Shown here: positions 25,818 through 37,639 of the stretch, one piece after another | Position numbering within the stretch: position 1 is the first letter of the stretch | Layout of the letters: each line of letters begins with the position of its first letter | NCBI GenBank assembly: GCA_003971905.1 | Contig: RSEE01000132.1 | Span: 62,001 to 126,000, forward strand | Direction: 5' to 3' | Length of the DNA: 64,000 bases | Source: Moniliella sp. 'wahieum' | Taxonomy: Eukaryota | Made by a program: the position numbers and the translations under genes | Notes under the pieces: generated by a model | What the model saw: the letters and a program-made list of their open reading frames with translations, nothing else | Database searches by the model: none | Told to the model about the DNA's origin: nothing

Positions 25818-27692
25818 TTAGAACAGCACGCACACACCGGCTGCTACAGCTGCCATGGCCATGACGAAAGCAGATGCCAATGGCAGGAGAACCGGGGGCT
25901 GCACCCCAGGACGTGTAAGGGTGTCGCTCGATTGCGACGGTGCAGCAGAACTGTGCGCGTTGGTGGATGCGTTCGAGGTGAGAGTTGGCACCATTGGGAC
26001 CAATAGGCCGGGTTTGGTCCGTGAAGGAACAGTTGCCACCATTGCAGAGACATTTTCCGGCCACAGGGTCCCACCACGCCGTCTCGCACGTGTCGCTGAT
26101 CCGCGTACCGCAGTTTGCCGTCCGTGTTGTTTTGCGCGGGTCGGTTGGGCTGTTGCGGGCTGGCGACGAGACTTCAGGGCACTGCGGGCAAAAGGTTAGG
26201 CAACCTGAAAAGGGGAAGGGAGGGGAGGGAGATGGGGGGGGGGGGGGTACGTACACCGTAGCATGTAAGGAAGTACTGTTCTGCTCAATGTTGAAGCAGT
26301 TGTCGGTCAGGTCGAGGTGTAGTCGCCCAAGCCATTGCAGATGTGGGTGTTGATAGAGGGCATCTGGCATTGGAACTCGGGAAGTGTGTTGAGCTGGCTG
26401 GCAGGAACAGGGTTTTGCATCCAGGCCAAAAGCTGCTTGTTGGTGACGAGCCAAACATTTTGCATGGAGCTGTTGGTGGTGGCCCAGTCGAGGAACTTGT
26501 TCGTGGCATCAATCATGCTCGTGTCGGCAGTCATACCCGGGTAGGTAGGGACAAGTGGATCGGGTGGAAGTAGAGACCAAACGGTTGCTTGTTCCCATTG
26601 TAGTGGTCCAAAAAGTTGGCTTTGAGCCAGCTAAGGTACAAGTCAGCGTTGGACGTGTCAAGGTAAGGGTCCATGAGATGCGGCTGGGTGGGGTCCAGGT
26701 TGCCGTTGCTGTCAAGGCCAAAGATGGAATACATGGGAATCTCCCACATGCCCGGGAGCGAAATCGCACCGCCACAGATGCCTTCTACCGAGTCGCAGTC
26801 GTTCACCATGCCGTGGTCCAGAGTGTAGGGGAAGACAGCATCGGTGTTGTTCGAAGTGACGGGCACAGAGGAGGAAGGGAGCGTCGTAGGTGAAGCTATG
26901 TTGTGCAGCAATTGCAGGGTATTGGCAGAGTAATTGAGGTAAGGCGCCCGGAACCCAATAATGTCCTGAAGGAATGCCGCCGAGTGCGTTCTGAGCAATA
27001 AGGTTGCCGCTAATCTCGTCGGCCGGGGGATCGCCAACATGGTACATGGTGTGGCACGCAAGCTCTTGGTGGCCCGTGACGTGGTTGGAGGTCAGGGGGG
27101 TGTGTGTGTAGTTGAGACTGAAAGTACGTGGACGGGACGGGACAGCCGTTGGGTTCTTGCGCTGGGCAATGAAACTGGTCGACGGGGACATGTGTGTAAG
27201 CTCTGGATAGCATCGTCACTGCCAATCCGTCGCGATATCTAGGTTAGCATCCGGTGCGGAGGAACAAGGCAATGGGAGGGGACAGGGCATGCACATGGCC
27301 AGCGACATACCTGGTCAGAGTGATGAACATGGGCACGTCCTTGGGAGCAAGGTTGCCGGGAGGGGAGGTGCTGGCGCAGTGGCAATTGGGCAGTTTGCAG
27401 GTGTTGGGGTCGCAGCTGTAGTTGGCCGACGACATGCCGCCGCCGGGGTGGGGGGGCCGCCCTCGCCATAGCTGCCGCCCTGGCGCTTCTGGAGGGCGCT
27501 GCGGCGAGCAACACGCTCCTCGAGACGACGGCGGACCTGGGCGTGGTCGCACCCGCTCTCGAGCAAGGCGTCGCGGGACTGGAGGGCGAGGGCCTGCTCA
27601 GGGGTGAGGGCGGCGGGCGCAGGCTGGGCTATGGGCGTGGCAAGGGCGGAGGCGGCGAGGGCCAGGGCCCCGACGAGCAGAGTCGAGCGCAT
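25818..27692 (-). CDS. Secreted, probably GPI-anchored CE4 polysaccharide/chitin deacetylase
   Basis: Signal peptide, [20 protein letters not shown], xDD motif after the first intron, [43 protein letters not shown], and an S/T-rich then hydrophobic C-terminus. Confidence 0.9.
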
Positions 27693-29630
27693 GGGGAGAA
27701 GACGGGGACTTGGGGGGTGCGTCCAGCTGCGTCGACAAAGTGGAGGTGGGGGCGGTGGGCGTGGTGGAGGCGGGGCGACTGCGCTGGGTTTAAGCCAGGG
27801 AGAAGCCAGCGTCTGCAGCCGATCTGCCTGGTCGTCAACCAACACAAATCACGGGCACGCGCCTGGCCAGTGTTGCCGCCAAGCTCCGGGGGGCCGCCCG
27901 GACACTGCACAGATGCCAGCCTGCGCCCCCGCACGACATGAGCGTCGTGTGCGGTGGATCGGGCAGAGGTCTGGCCATCAAGCACTGGCGCTGTGCGCTG
28001 CTGAGCTGCCACGCCCGTTGCGCCGCGGGGGGCGCTGGGCAGCCACCCCGGCCCCAGCGCAGTGTGGCCGCTGTGCGCCGAAGGCGGGGGGGCTGAGGCG
28101 GGCGGCGCACCACGCCACTGTGACGGAAGGATGTGCGCTGCACGGGGGCGCAGCATGCAACGGCGTGGGCCTGCCTCGTCGGGCTGGGGGGCGTCTGCCG
28201 TCAGAGCGCACTAGTCACTAGTCACTAGCCACTCGTCCTTACTCCGTACTCAGTCGCCCTGCGCCGAGAAGACAAAAACGAAAAACACAAATCAGCCGCC
28301 CGCCTGGCGGCCACCAAACCCCGTCGCCGTTACCTAAGCCACCCAGCGCCCACCTCCGCGAGCACCCGGCCAGTGCCGGCCAGTGCCGGCCAGTGCCCCA
28401 CCGCCCCCCCGTACCTGGTGGGCGCCCCCAGCAGCTCGCAGTCATGTGGCTCATCCGTTTGGTGCTGAGGCGCTGAGGCTCAGCGCTGAGGCTGAGCGCA
28501 GCATGCCATCACACTGTCACGTGCGCATGTCACCAGATCACCTACACCCCGCCCAGCTGCGACACGGTATCAAAATGCATCGCGTTGGCGATGGCCGACG
28601 CCGACCAGCATTTCTCCTCTCCTCGTCTACCACCGCCTTGGACGCAAGCAATGAACCGGGGGGCACAGCCGCCACAACACTGACCTCTCTCTGTTGCGGG
28701 TGTTGTGCTGTTTGTCGTGTGCAGAGCCGTCGGGGGCGCGGTTTTGGTGTGGCCTGAGGCTCAGGCCTGAGGCGCCCCGCCGTGCGTGACAACGCCGATT
28801 GTGGCGCCCCTCTCACCCACTTCCCCCCTACTGCCGTTCTTGCTCGCGTATGGAAAGCATTCGAGGTGGGCAGCTCGAACGGTGAGGAGGCTCTCGTGCA
28901 TGTGGTGCATCAGGTTCCTTCAGTCCCCTCTCGCCACATGACAGAGGGCCTTGCAGCTCTGATGGCGTCTTTCACCGTGTTGGTGAACTCTTGTTTCGCA
29001 ACCAGGCCCGCCAGTGGCAACGGTGGCTCTTGGAGCCCCTGTAGGCGGCCTCGGTTGGCTTAGGCCACCACCACTACCCCTAGTGCGATAGCATTACCCT
29101 CACTACTGCTTCCAACAAGCTCCAACAGGGAGGTCTCATTACACGCTTGCTCGCTTAGAGCATAGCGTAATAATGCGTGTCGCGTGGTGCAAGCAGTCCC
29201 TATTAAGTGTGTGCGTTGAGCCACAGGCCATTGTGGCCTGTGCGTCTGTGGGGAAGCTTCAAGCGTTTCTTCATGGACGGCTACATCCTATTGGGGCGAT
29301 GCCCCACCCACGCCATCCTACGTGACAGGCATCACCGGTCACCGGTCACCCCGCGGGACTCTGATCTGCCCCGAAGCTCCCTTTACTCTCTGGTACCCTC
29401 GACTATTGTCCCTCTCCTCAGAACCACATCCTCCATTCCCCTCCTTGAGAACACCTCCCCACTCCCACCCCTTCTTTCCCCATAAAAGCACATCTTTTCT
29501 CACCTCCATTTTCCCGTTGGCCCCGCCACCTGTGTTGCTGTGAAGGACACACTCGCGCGCCATTGCTTCATCCTCATTTTCTTCGAGCGGTCACCACTGT
29601 GATCTCACCAAGCCACGCGCTTCCCACACA

Positions 29631-30664
29631 ATGAGGCTTACTCTCCTCTTGTACATCCTCTTCGCAGGCGCTGCCCTGGTTGCAGCCCAAGCTGGCGCCG
29701 CCAACGGCACCATCGATCACGGCCCCTTTCCAGAAGAACTGAATGGCTCCAATTTCACCTACCCGTTCCCTGTCCACGTATTCCACTTTCAGAACCAATT
29801 CCAGCAACTTGAGATGGCGTTCATGGATGTCCAGCCTGTTCCCCACCAACCTAGTACCGGACGCACCGCCGTCTTGCTCCACGGCAAAAACTTTTGCGCA
29901 CCCACCTGGGTCGAGACCATCCGCAACCTGACAGGTTCGGGGTACCGCGTTGTCGCAGTAGACCACATTGGGTTCTGCAAAAGTACCAAGCCTGACAACT
30001 ATCAGTTCAGTCTACGCCAACTGGCCTACAACACGCGGGGGCTGCTCAACACATTGGGCGTGGCGAATGTGACAGTCATTGGCCATTCACTGGGGGGAAT
30101 GATTGCTACCATGTTTGGCCTGCAGTATGCAGAAACCGTTGACCGCCTCGTTCTCATCGACCCGATTGGGTTGGAAGATTACAGTGAAAAGGGCGTCCCT
30201 TACATCTCCATCGACGCTAGCCGCAACACGGAGGCAGCATCCACTTTTGATTCCATCAAAGCGTACGAGAAAACATTTTACTATGTCAACCAGTGGAATG
30301 CGTCGTACGATGTCTGGGTAGAGATGCTGATCAACATTTACGACGGTCCCAAGCGCACAGAGTTTGTCAAGAACCAAGGCCAGATCGTCGACTTGGTTTT
30401 AACCCAGCCAATTGCACAGTACTTTTCCCATCTCCAGCCCTACACGCTCCTGATGGTGGGCGACAAGGACAAGACGGCCATCGGGGCTCAGTGGGCCCCG
30501 CCAGCCGTAGCTTCCACCCTGGGCCACTTCAGCGTTCTCGGTCCGCTTGTCGCTGCCCAAATCCCCAACTGCACCTTTGTCCACTTCGCTGACCTGGGGC
30601 ATGCGCCCAAATCTCGGACCCGGGGCTGTTCCATGACAAGTTGCTGGAATGGTTGTTGGATTGA
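29631..30664 (+). CDS. Secreted alpha/beta hydrolase, intronless
   Basis: Signal peptide, LLHGKNFC, VAVDHIGFCKSTKP, GHSLGG nucleophile, GDKD, DLGHAP. One indel near 30609; the corrected end is ..LLEWLLD*. Confidence 0.9.
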
Positions 30665-31319
30665 ACCTTTGCAGCAAGAATATGAAGTTCATGCGGTAGG
30701 CACCCTTCCTCTCCGTTGAATCTGGAGCCAATTGGCGATAGACAAGGTGGCACTTTATACTATGGAGTCGGATGAGTAATGGGGCCGAAGGCACGTGTAC
30801 CACTGCTTACTGTTCATGCCCCTGTGCGTGTCACCATACATTTTGGCCCTGTTCGCTCGCACGCGGATCGTTCTTCATGTCGTCCGGTTCTGGACATCTC
30901 TTACACAATGGATGTTGAAGATTAGCAATGGGGGAGAGGGGGGCTAGCTGTGGGCGCACAGTATGGAAGCAAATGGACTTGGAAGCGACCATCCTCTGGC
31001 GCAACAAGCACTGCTAGTAATAATAACACCGACAGGAGAGAAAATGCCTAACCACATATGGTGGGGGCGCCGGGAGATTGCTGCCTGGGCTTTCGTGGGT
31101 GCTATCGGCAGTAGTATTACAGCAGCGGTTGCTAGACTGGCATTGCTATAGGCGTGCCCCGTGCGGCAGTTCGAGCTAAGGCACCGTCACATTTGAATTT
31201 GATCAATTTGACCATCCATCTTAGATTGCGTGTGCCAGCCGATAAATGCGCCGGATTGGGATCCAACACTGCGCATCCATCTCCCGCCCCTTCCTACACC
31301 CTCCTCAACCTGATTCAGC

Positions 31320-31758
31320 ATGGGCGGGTGCATATCGCACCCCGAGGGGGGACAAACACTCGCTTCTTCCACCTCAGCGCCCAAGCCCCGGGGCGGCACC
31401 ACCTCTGCGCCCACCCCTAGGGGCGGTACCACCTCTGCGCCCATCCCTAGGGGCGGCACCACCTCTGCGCCCATGTCCCGGGGCGGCACCACATCCGCTT
31501 CGGCCGCTGGCGACCGTGCCGTCAGGGCGGCCGCCGCTGAGCATCGTGCTGCTGCCGCTGCCTCAAGGGGTGCCCCCAACGGCCCTGGCAAACTCAGCAA
31601 ACAACTCGCCGCTGATCAGGCAGTGGTGGCACGGGCGCGTCCAAGCCCACGCTCCCTGAGCGTCAGGTGGTACGTCCCCCCGCCGCCCCCTTCCTCACCT
31701 CCACCCGCGCCCCCTCCTAACCTCCCGCTTTTTCTCCTTGTTCGCACAGTGGGATTGA
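31320..31758 (+). CDS. Small N-acylated SVIP-like protein
   Basis: MGGC N-terminus, RAAAAEHR..SRG..GKLSKQLA core, final intron 31670-31749 giving ..ERQV|WD*. Resembles small basidiomycete SVIP-like proteins. Confidence 0.65.
31369..31498 (+). repeat. Coding 30-bp tandem repeat, about 4 copies (PxPRGGTTSA)
   Basis: Units of the form CCACCTCTGCGCCCA.CCC..GGGGCGGCA read directly from the sequence. Confidence 0.95.
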
Positions 31759-32354
31759 TCCAAAGGGCCGCGCTGTCGTTCCTTTCGAGCGAGGCTGCGC
31801 TGGTTCGGCGGGGTTCCCATCTATGGGTGTGCTCTTGCTGATGGACATTACGATTGATTGCCTGTTGTCTGTACTTCTACCTTCGCTGCCCACAACTTGG
31901 GTCAAATTCGATGTCATTGCCTCCCCGCTGCCATGGACCCCCTCTGCATGCCATCCACACAGAGGATTTTTCCTTGATCATTGTCGGTTCTTTTCTAAGA
32001 GTAACAGCGTATCCAGTCTTGCGTTGTGCGCGTTGTAGGTGTTGTGTGTGCGTTGTGGGCGTTATGTGCGTTATGTGGGTTATGTGCGTTGCTGTCAAAA
32101 GGTCCCCTCCGTGTGTTTGCACCCCGTCCATATCAGCATGCTGACCTTGCTATCTACCCATCATTTCGTTTGCAAAACTTCAGGAGTGAAATAAAAAATA
32201 TGCCTCCTAGCCGAATCGAACGACTAATCTTCGCATTACGAGTGCGACGCCTTACCATTGAGCCAAAGAGGCGTTGTATCACAAGTTCATATTCACACAA
32301 TACAAGGAGGGCTACCCTCACGTGAAGTCACCTGCCATTTCAATGGAGCGCACA

Positions 32355-32861
32355 GCGGGAGCAATCGGAGGATCAAGAATGGAGGTGGACCACATATGAT
32401 GCGCGACACGGATCGCAGGAGGCGCAGCCGCGTACCGGAAGGTAGTACATGAGAGCACCGCGACGCCTTTGGAACGCCGGGAGGAGCTGCTTCGGCTTCT
32501 GGAGCAAGCAGAATGCGACAAGAACGCCAAGTACCAGGGACGCACTCAAGAGCCGTTTTTCCCCCTGGTTTTGACGACTCGAGGATAGACAGCGGGCAAG
32601 ATGTTTGCGCACTGGAAGGATTTGACTACTGACTATCAAAGGAAATGGTTCCTCGCTGGGATGTCTACCTCGTGGTTCCGTGTCCACACGCGCTACATCC
32701 GGTATGGGAACGGATGGCGGGGGCACCAGAGGGTCCTGATACCCTGGCGATCCCCCTGAATTAACAGGGGTGGCACTACCAAGTAACACACGCAAGACCG
32801 AAGGGTCGGTGTCGGCGTAGCGTTTCCTTGTCCCAGCCTTAAGCTCTGTCAATGATATGGA
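32355..32861 (+). mobile_element. 5'-truncated CRE/Cnl1-like non-LTR retrotransposon, copy 2
   Basis: Long near-identical blocks with copy 1, e.g. GCAGAATGCGACAAGAACGCCAAGTACCAGGGACGCACTCAAGAGCCG, and the same 3' end. Confidence 0.85.
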
Positions 32862-33813
32862 TGCAGTGTAGAGATAGGGTGGGGAGAAGTGGTGGAAGGG
32901 CGTCATGCATGTACCGTTCATAACAGAAGTATATCAAGCTGCGCACCGCACAACTAGTATTTACCCGGGCTGGGATTATCGATTATGATTGATGGATCAA
33001 TACGTGGACGCAGTCGCGGGAGCATCCAGATATAGGAGAAAGCTACAGGAAGAAAATGAGAGCAGATCGGAGTATCATCGATCCTTGAGCGCTGAGGTTC
33101 TAGTTCAAGCTTATATACAGCGCGGGGCATAATTGGCGATATATATGAACACCACTGAAGGTCAGCTGTGGAGAAGGGGCCATAACAAGGGGTCATCCGG
33201 CCATATTCACGTGTCCAGCCCTTCTCACCGGTGAAGCTGGGTAAAGGTCTGAACCTTCGCGGTCCAAAGGAGACGGTCTGACATGATATGTTTATGATCG
33301 CGCGCTGCTATCCGATTCCTGAGGCCTGTGATGGCTTCACGATTGCTTTTTGTAGGGTAAAAAGCTTCCTCGTAATACGTGTGGGCGTTTTTGTAGGCGC
33401 GCACATACCCTACCCACACGAGATCCCGCACTAGGGCAGCCGGCGCGGTACAGTGGGAGGAAAGCGTCATGGACACAGCCCCACTGTTGTAACCCTCTGC
33501 CGCATTAACCGGTGTGTGAGGCGTAACTGGTTACCCTCCTGTTTTCGCTCTTCCTCGACTCCCTTCTCGCTTGCAGCCGTTCGGCTGAACCATTTCACAC
33601 GGGATTCATCCCCCGCTCGCGGGCCACAGTCCCTCCCTGGTCCGCATTCTCCGAGCCCTGATTGCAGCCCGCGCGGCACAGTTCCATACTACAGTCCTTA
33701 GTCTTCCCGAGGCCCGTTGCGCGTCGAATCGGTCCCCCGTCACCCACTGGTACCTTTTTGCCTGATTCGTAGATGTGAAAGCGAGGTCCTAGAGTTGGCG
33801 CGCGCAGACCATG

Positions 33814-33967
33814 TGTTACCCCTGTCCCACTGCCAACACCTCTCATTCCCCCTTCCCCTTCTTCTCGCTCACCTTGTTACTTGATTATTACTCGCTGATC
33901 GTTTGTGGTTTTGAGACTAAGTATCTCCAGGTCACTGCACAACCTTCAAGCTTCACGTATCGCGACA
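33814..33967 (-). mobile_element. Short LTR-like repeat, copy 2
   Basis: Minus strand reads TGTCGCG...GGGACAGGGGTAACA, then CA-TGG (PBS-like). Homologous to 12745-12913. Confidence 0.6.
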
Positions 33968-34412
33968 CGGTATTCACTTTGAGGAGGGGTTCAAATCCAC
34001 GTTTGGTCGGAACCGATGCAACTGGGGGGTTATTTAGTCGATAAGGTTAACAGGAGGGGAAGCGTGGATAATAGTAGGTGGGGAGGGAGCGACCGTACCA
34101 ATCTGCTGTGGCGGGTTTTCGCGCTTCTGCAGCGAGGTGTTGCATTCCCTTGGCGCAGCTGGGATATGCTTTGTGTTAATCGCCTCCACGCTCGAGCCCA
34201 CACAAGAGCATGATATGAGTGGGAGTGCGAGGAGGGGAGCACACTTGATGATCTGCGAGTCGGAACGGAGATGGGACGACGACCTCTGGTCGTAATATAA
34301 ATGCAAGCTCAACTCACAATGACTGTGATTCACCGCCACCACCACCACCAACAACCGCACCAACACCGAGCACTAACACCAACACCACAAGCAAAACAAA
34401 AGGTTAGATATC

Positions 34413-37176
34413 ATGTCAACACCTCGCTCGAGCGTGCCCAAGGACGCGGATGAGGAACGGACCCACCCACTTTCCAAAGGCTCGGACCTTCCGTCCGCCG
34501 GATGCCATCGACTGTATTCGGCCACCCACAATTGATAGCATAACACCAACAAACCACTCGACGTACAAGAATACAACTCCGTTTTCGTTCACAAACACAG
34601 TTGAGGACGACAATGAGAATGGGATCGCAACAGAGTCGATCTTGGAAAACGCGTTCTATCGCAACGACCGACTGCTGAGTCCACATGACGAACCCTCTGG
34701 GACACGACCCGCAACGACCGAAAACCGGGGATCAGACCAATGGGGTGAAGAAACCAACAATGGAGATGAAAACGACACAAATGAAGAAGAGAAGGTTCCG
34801 GACTTGGCTGATGTGCGTGTGCGCGCAGTCGTGCCTAACGAAGACGACCCAGATATGCCATACAACACGATCCGCACCTGGCTGCTTTCCATTCTGCTGG
34901 CCCTCGGCCTCACCACCGCCCTCGTTGCTTTGGAGGTCCGAGGATATGTGACCAACCCACAGAACTTTGTGTCTACAAGTGCAGTGTTGGTACAGCCATT
35001 CACATACTGTTTGGGTTTTGCGCTGTCGAAAATACCGTACCGATCGCACTGGCCCCTGGCATGGTTCATCAACCCGGGCCCTTTCAACCTCAAGGAACAC
35101 ACGTGCGTCCCAAATTCCGGAAAGTTGAGGTTGCAGTGCAGGAGACCTCTGTCTGACAAGTGTGATTGTTTCACGCAGGATCTGCACCATCGTTGCTGCG
35201 GTTGCCATGGGCCCCAACCTAACCCTGCAATACTTGGCCGGAATGTCTTACTTGACGAATCCTCAATTGACGAATGGTGGCATAAAACAAGAGACCACAT
35301 TCCCACCCGGCTTCCTGTTTCTCATCTATCTCTCGACCCCATTCTTTGGATTTGCCTTGGCCGGTCTTGCCACACGTCTTCTCATTTTTGGCCTGGTGAG
35401 CTCCTGTACCCTCAGCAGCTTCAGACCAGTGCAATGTTGACGGCTTTACACGGAGTTCGCCGTGGCAACTGGAACCATCGCCAGGTCTTCTGGATTGTGG
35501 CGACGGTCATGTTCGTCTGGCAATGGATCCCACAATTCTTCTACCCACCTCTGGGAAAGTTCCAGTGGCCAACGTGGATTGCTCCATCCAACTTTGTGGT
35601 CAATCTATTGTTTGATGCATCGGGTATGGGCTGGTCTTTTGGTGCCTAGACTGGGTTGCAGTGATCACAGCGTTGAATTCACCCCTGATCGTCCCATGGG
35701 GCGCGCTGGTCAACGTATTTTGTGGCTTCGCTGTTGCCATGTGGGTCATTGCCCTGCCGATCTTTTTCACCAACCTGAACCAAGCTGCTTGCGTTCCCTA
35801 CGCTTTTATCAGCGTGATTTGGTACCCAAAGTTCAATTCCACCGACACGCATGTCAACCCCTTGCCCCAAGACATGTATCTAAATCCCCCCCAATTTGAT
35901 TCGCCCTATCCACCACAGGGATACTTATCATCCACAAACATCATGACCCTGGCGTTTTCCTTTGCTGCCTGCACCGCCTTGCTTGTGCACACCCCGCTTT
36001 TCCATGGCGGCGACCTACTCCGTTGGTGGAATGTATCCAATGTGGCTGATTCGCCTGACCCCCACGCCCGCCAACTCGCCCGCTACCCGGCTGTTCCCAC
36101 CTGGTGGTACCTGTGCTTGCTACTGGTTGCCTTTGCCTTTGCCATCCCCATGGTGCACGTGTACCACACCTCGGTACCGGTTTGGGCAATTGTGCTTGCC
36201 CTCGCGCTGGCTGCAATCTTCATTGTTCCAGTGGGCATTGTGGTGGGCCGGACGTCGGTGGAGCTGAAGTGTGTGGAGCACTTGGCGACGTTGATTGCTA
36301 ATGTTTCTCTGCCTGGGCACACGACCATTCTTCCGCTCTTTCAGATATGCTGCGCGGGGACCATCCAGCAGGCGATGCTCTACTGTGGCTGCTCCAAACT
36401 GGCAGTCTACTTTAAGATCCCGCCACGGATCACCTTCTTTGTACTAGTGGGAACCCAATTGGCCTGTTCAGTGTTGCAAAGTGGAATATGGGTGGGATGG
36501 AATTCCGATACGCTGAAGATCAACCCCCAAGCCCAAATTCGAACTACAGGGCTGTACGATCCCGTGTATTGGACTGGCGTCGGGCCTCACAAGAACGGCT
36601 TCCTGCACCAACACCGGTGGACTCTGTACTTTTTCCTTATTGGTGCAGTCGCGCCACTGCTCTTGTACCTTGCTGGACGCGTGTCCCCCAGTTGAATCGC
36701 TTTGCTCACCTCCCTCGATCCATTGGCCGCTTCTTTGGTGGTATATCGCAATTCGCACTTTTTGCAGCGGTTTGCTGGACCTCCTGGTTTTTCTGGGGGC
36801 TGTCACTCACCTACTGTTTTCCCGTCGTAGGCAGTTGAATTATTGGATTGCGTACGCCCACTACTCTCTCTTCCCTTTGTATTGTTCACGGGATGAATGT
36901 GGCTAACTCTCTTTTCGAACAATTCTCTGGATTGGTTGTCGAGACAGGATGAATTACATTCTCTCTGCAGCCGCTGCAGTGGGAAGTTCGCTTTGTGCAG
37001 CCATCGTCGCGGCCATGGATTATGGTACAGATGGCACTGACACCCGCTTTACCCGCTTCCTCCAACATCTGAACAAACTTGGCCCCCTGAACGACTACGG
37101 CGATACATTGGAAAAAGTTCTGGTCTGGAACGAAACGTTTTTTCCCAACAGGAACCCGCCTTGGAACGTGATCTAG
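34413..37176 (+). CDS. OPT-family oligopeptide transporter
   Basis: VRAVVPNEDDPDMPYNTIRTW, INPGPFNLKEHT, FVWQWIPQFFYPPL, SPLIVPW, DPHARQLARYPAVPTWWY, KLAVYFKIPPRITF. Introns and indels present. Confidence 0.92.
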
Positions 37177-37639
37177 TTGTCCCCTTGCAAATCCAGCCGG
37201 AGACCGTCGGCAGCTCGCAGCGTTAACTACGGAATCCCTTTCCCCCTGCCTTTTTTTCTATCAGCCCATCCAATCGCGATGGGATCAGAGTTGACCTCCC
37301 ATCTGTCTCTCTGTGCGCTCTTCTCTTTTTGTTGGGCATCCAGGGTCACAGTTAGTGCAAGTACCCAGCCCCCTTGCCTCTGCGTTGCCCCGTTTTCGTT
37401 TTTTTCGGAGGGAAAATCGGGGCTCGAACCCAACTAGAACGAGAACCCGTAAACCACCTTTTGGCACTTGTTACGATACCACGCCCCCCACCACTTCTTC
37501 TATCCGGTGAATGTGAGAAACGCCCTGTAACAATGTTGATGTCAAACAAGCTCTTTCCTTAGTCAGTACGGACCGCTATATAATAGGAGACGGAATACCT
37601 GGACAGTGTCTCTCATGTATACGAGTAGAGCGGTGGTGT

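Noticed and set aside
31369..31498. 30-bp repeats as a CRISPR-like array
   Set aside because: Head-to-tail with no unique spacers, in frame within a eukaryotic coding exon.
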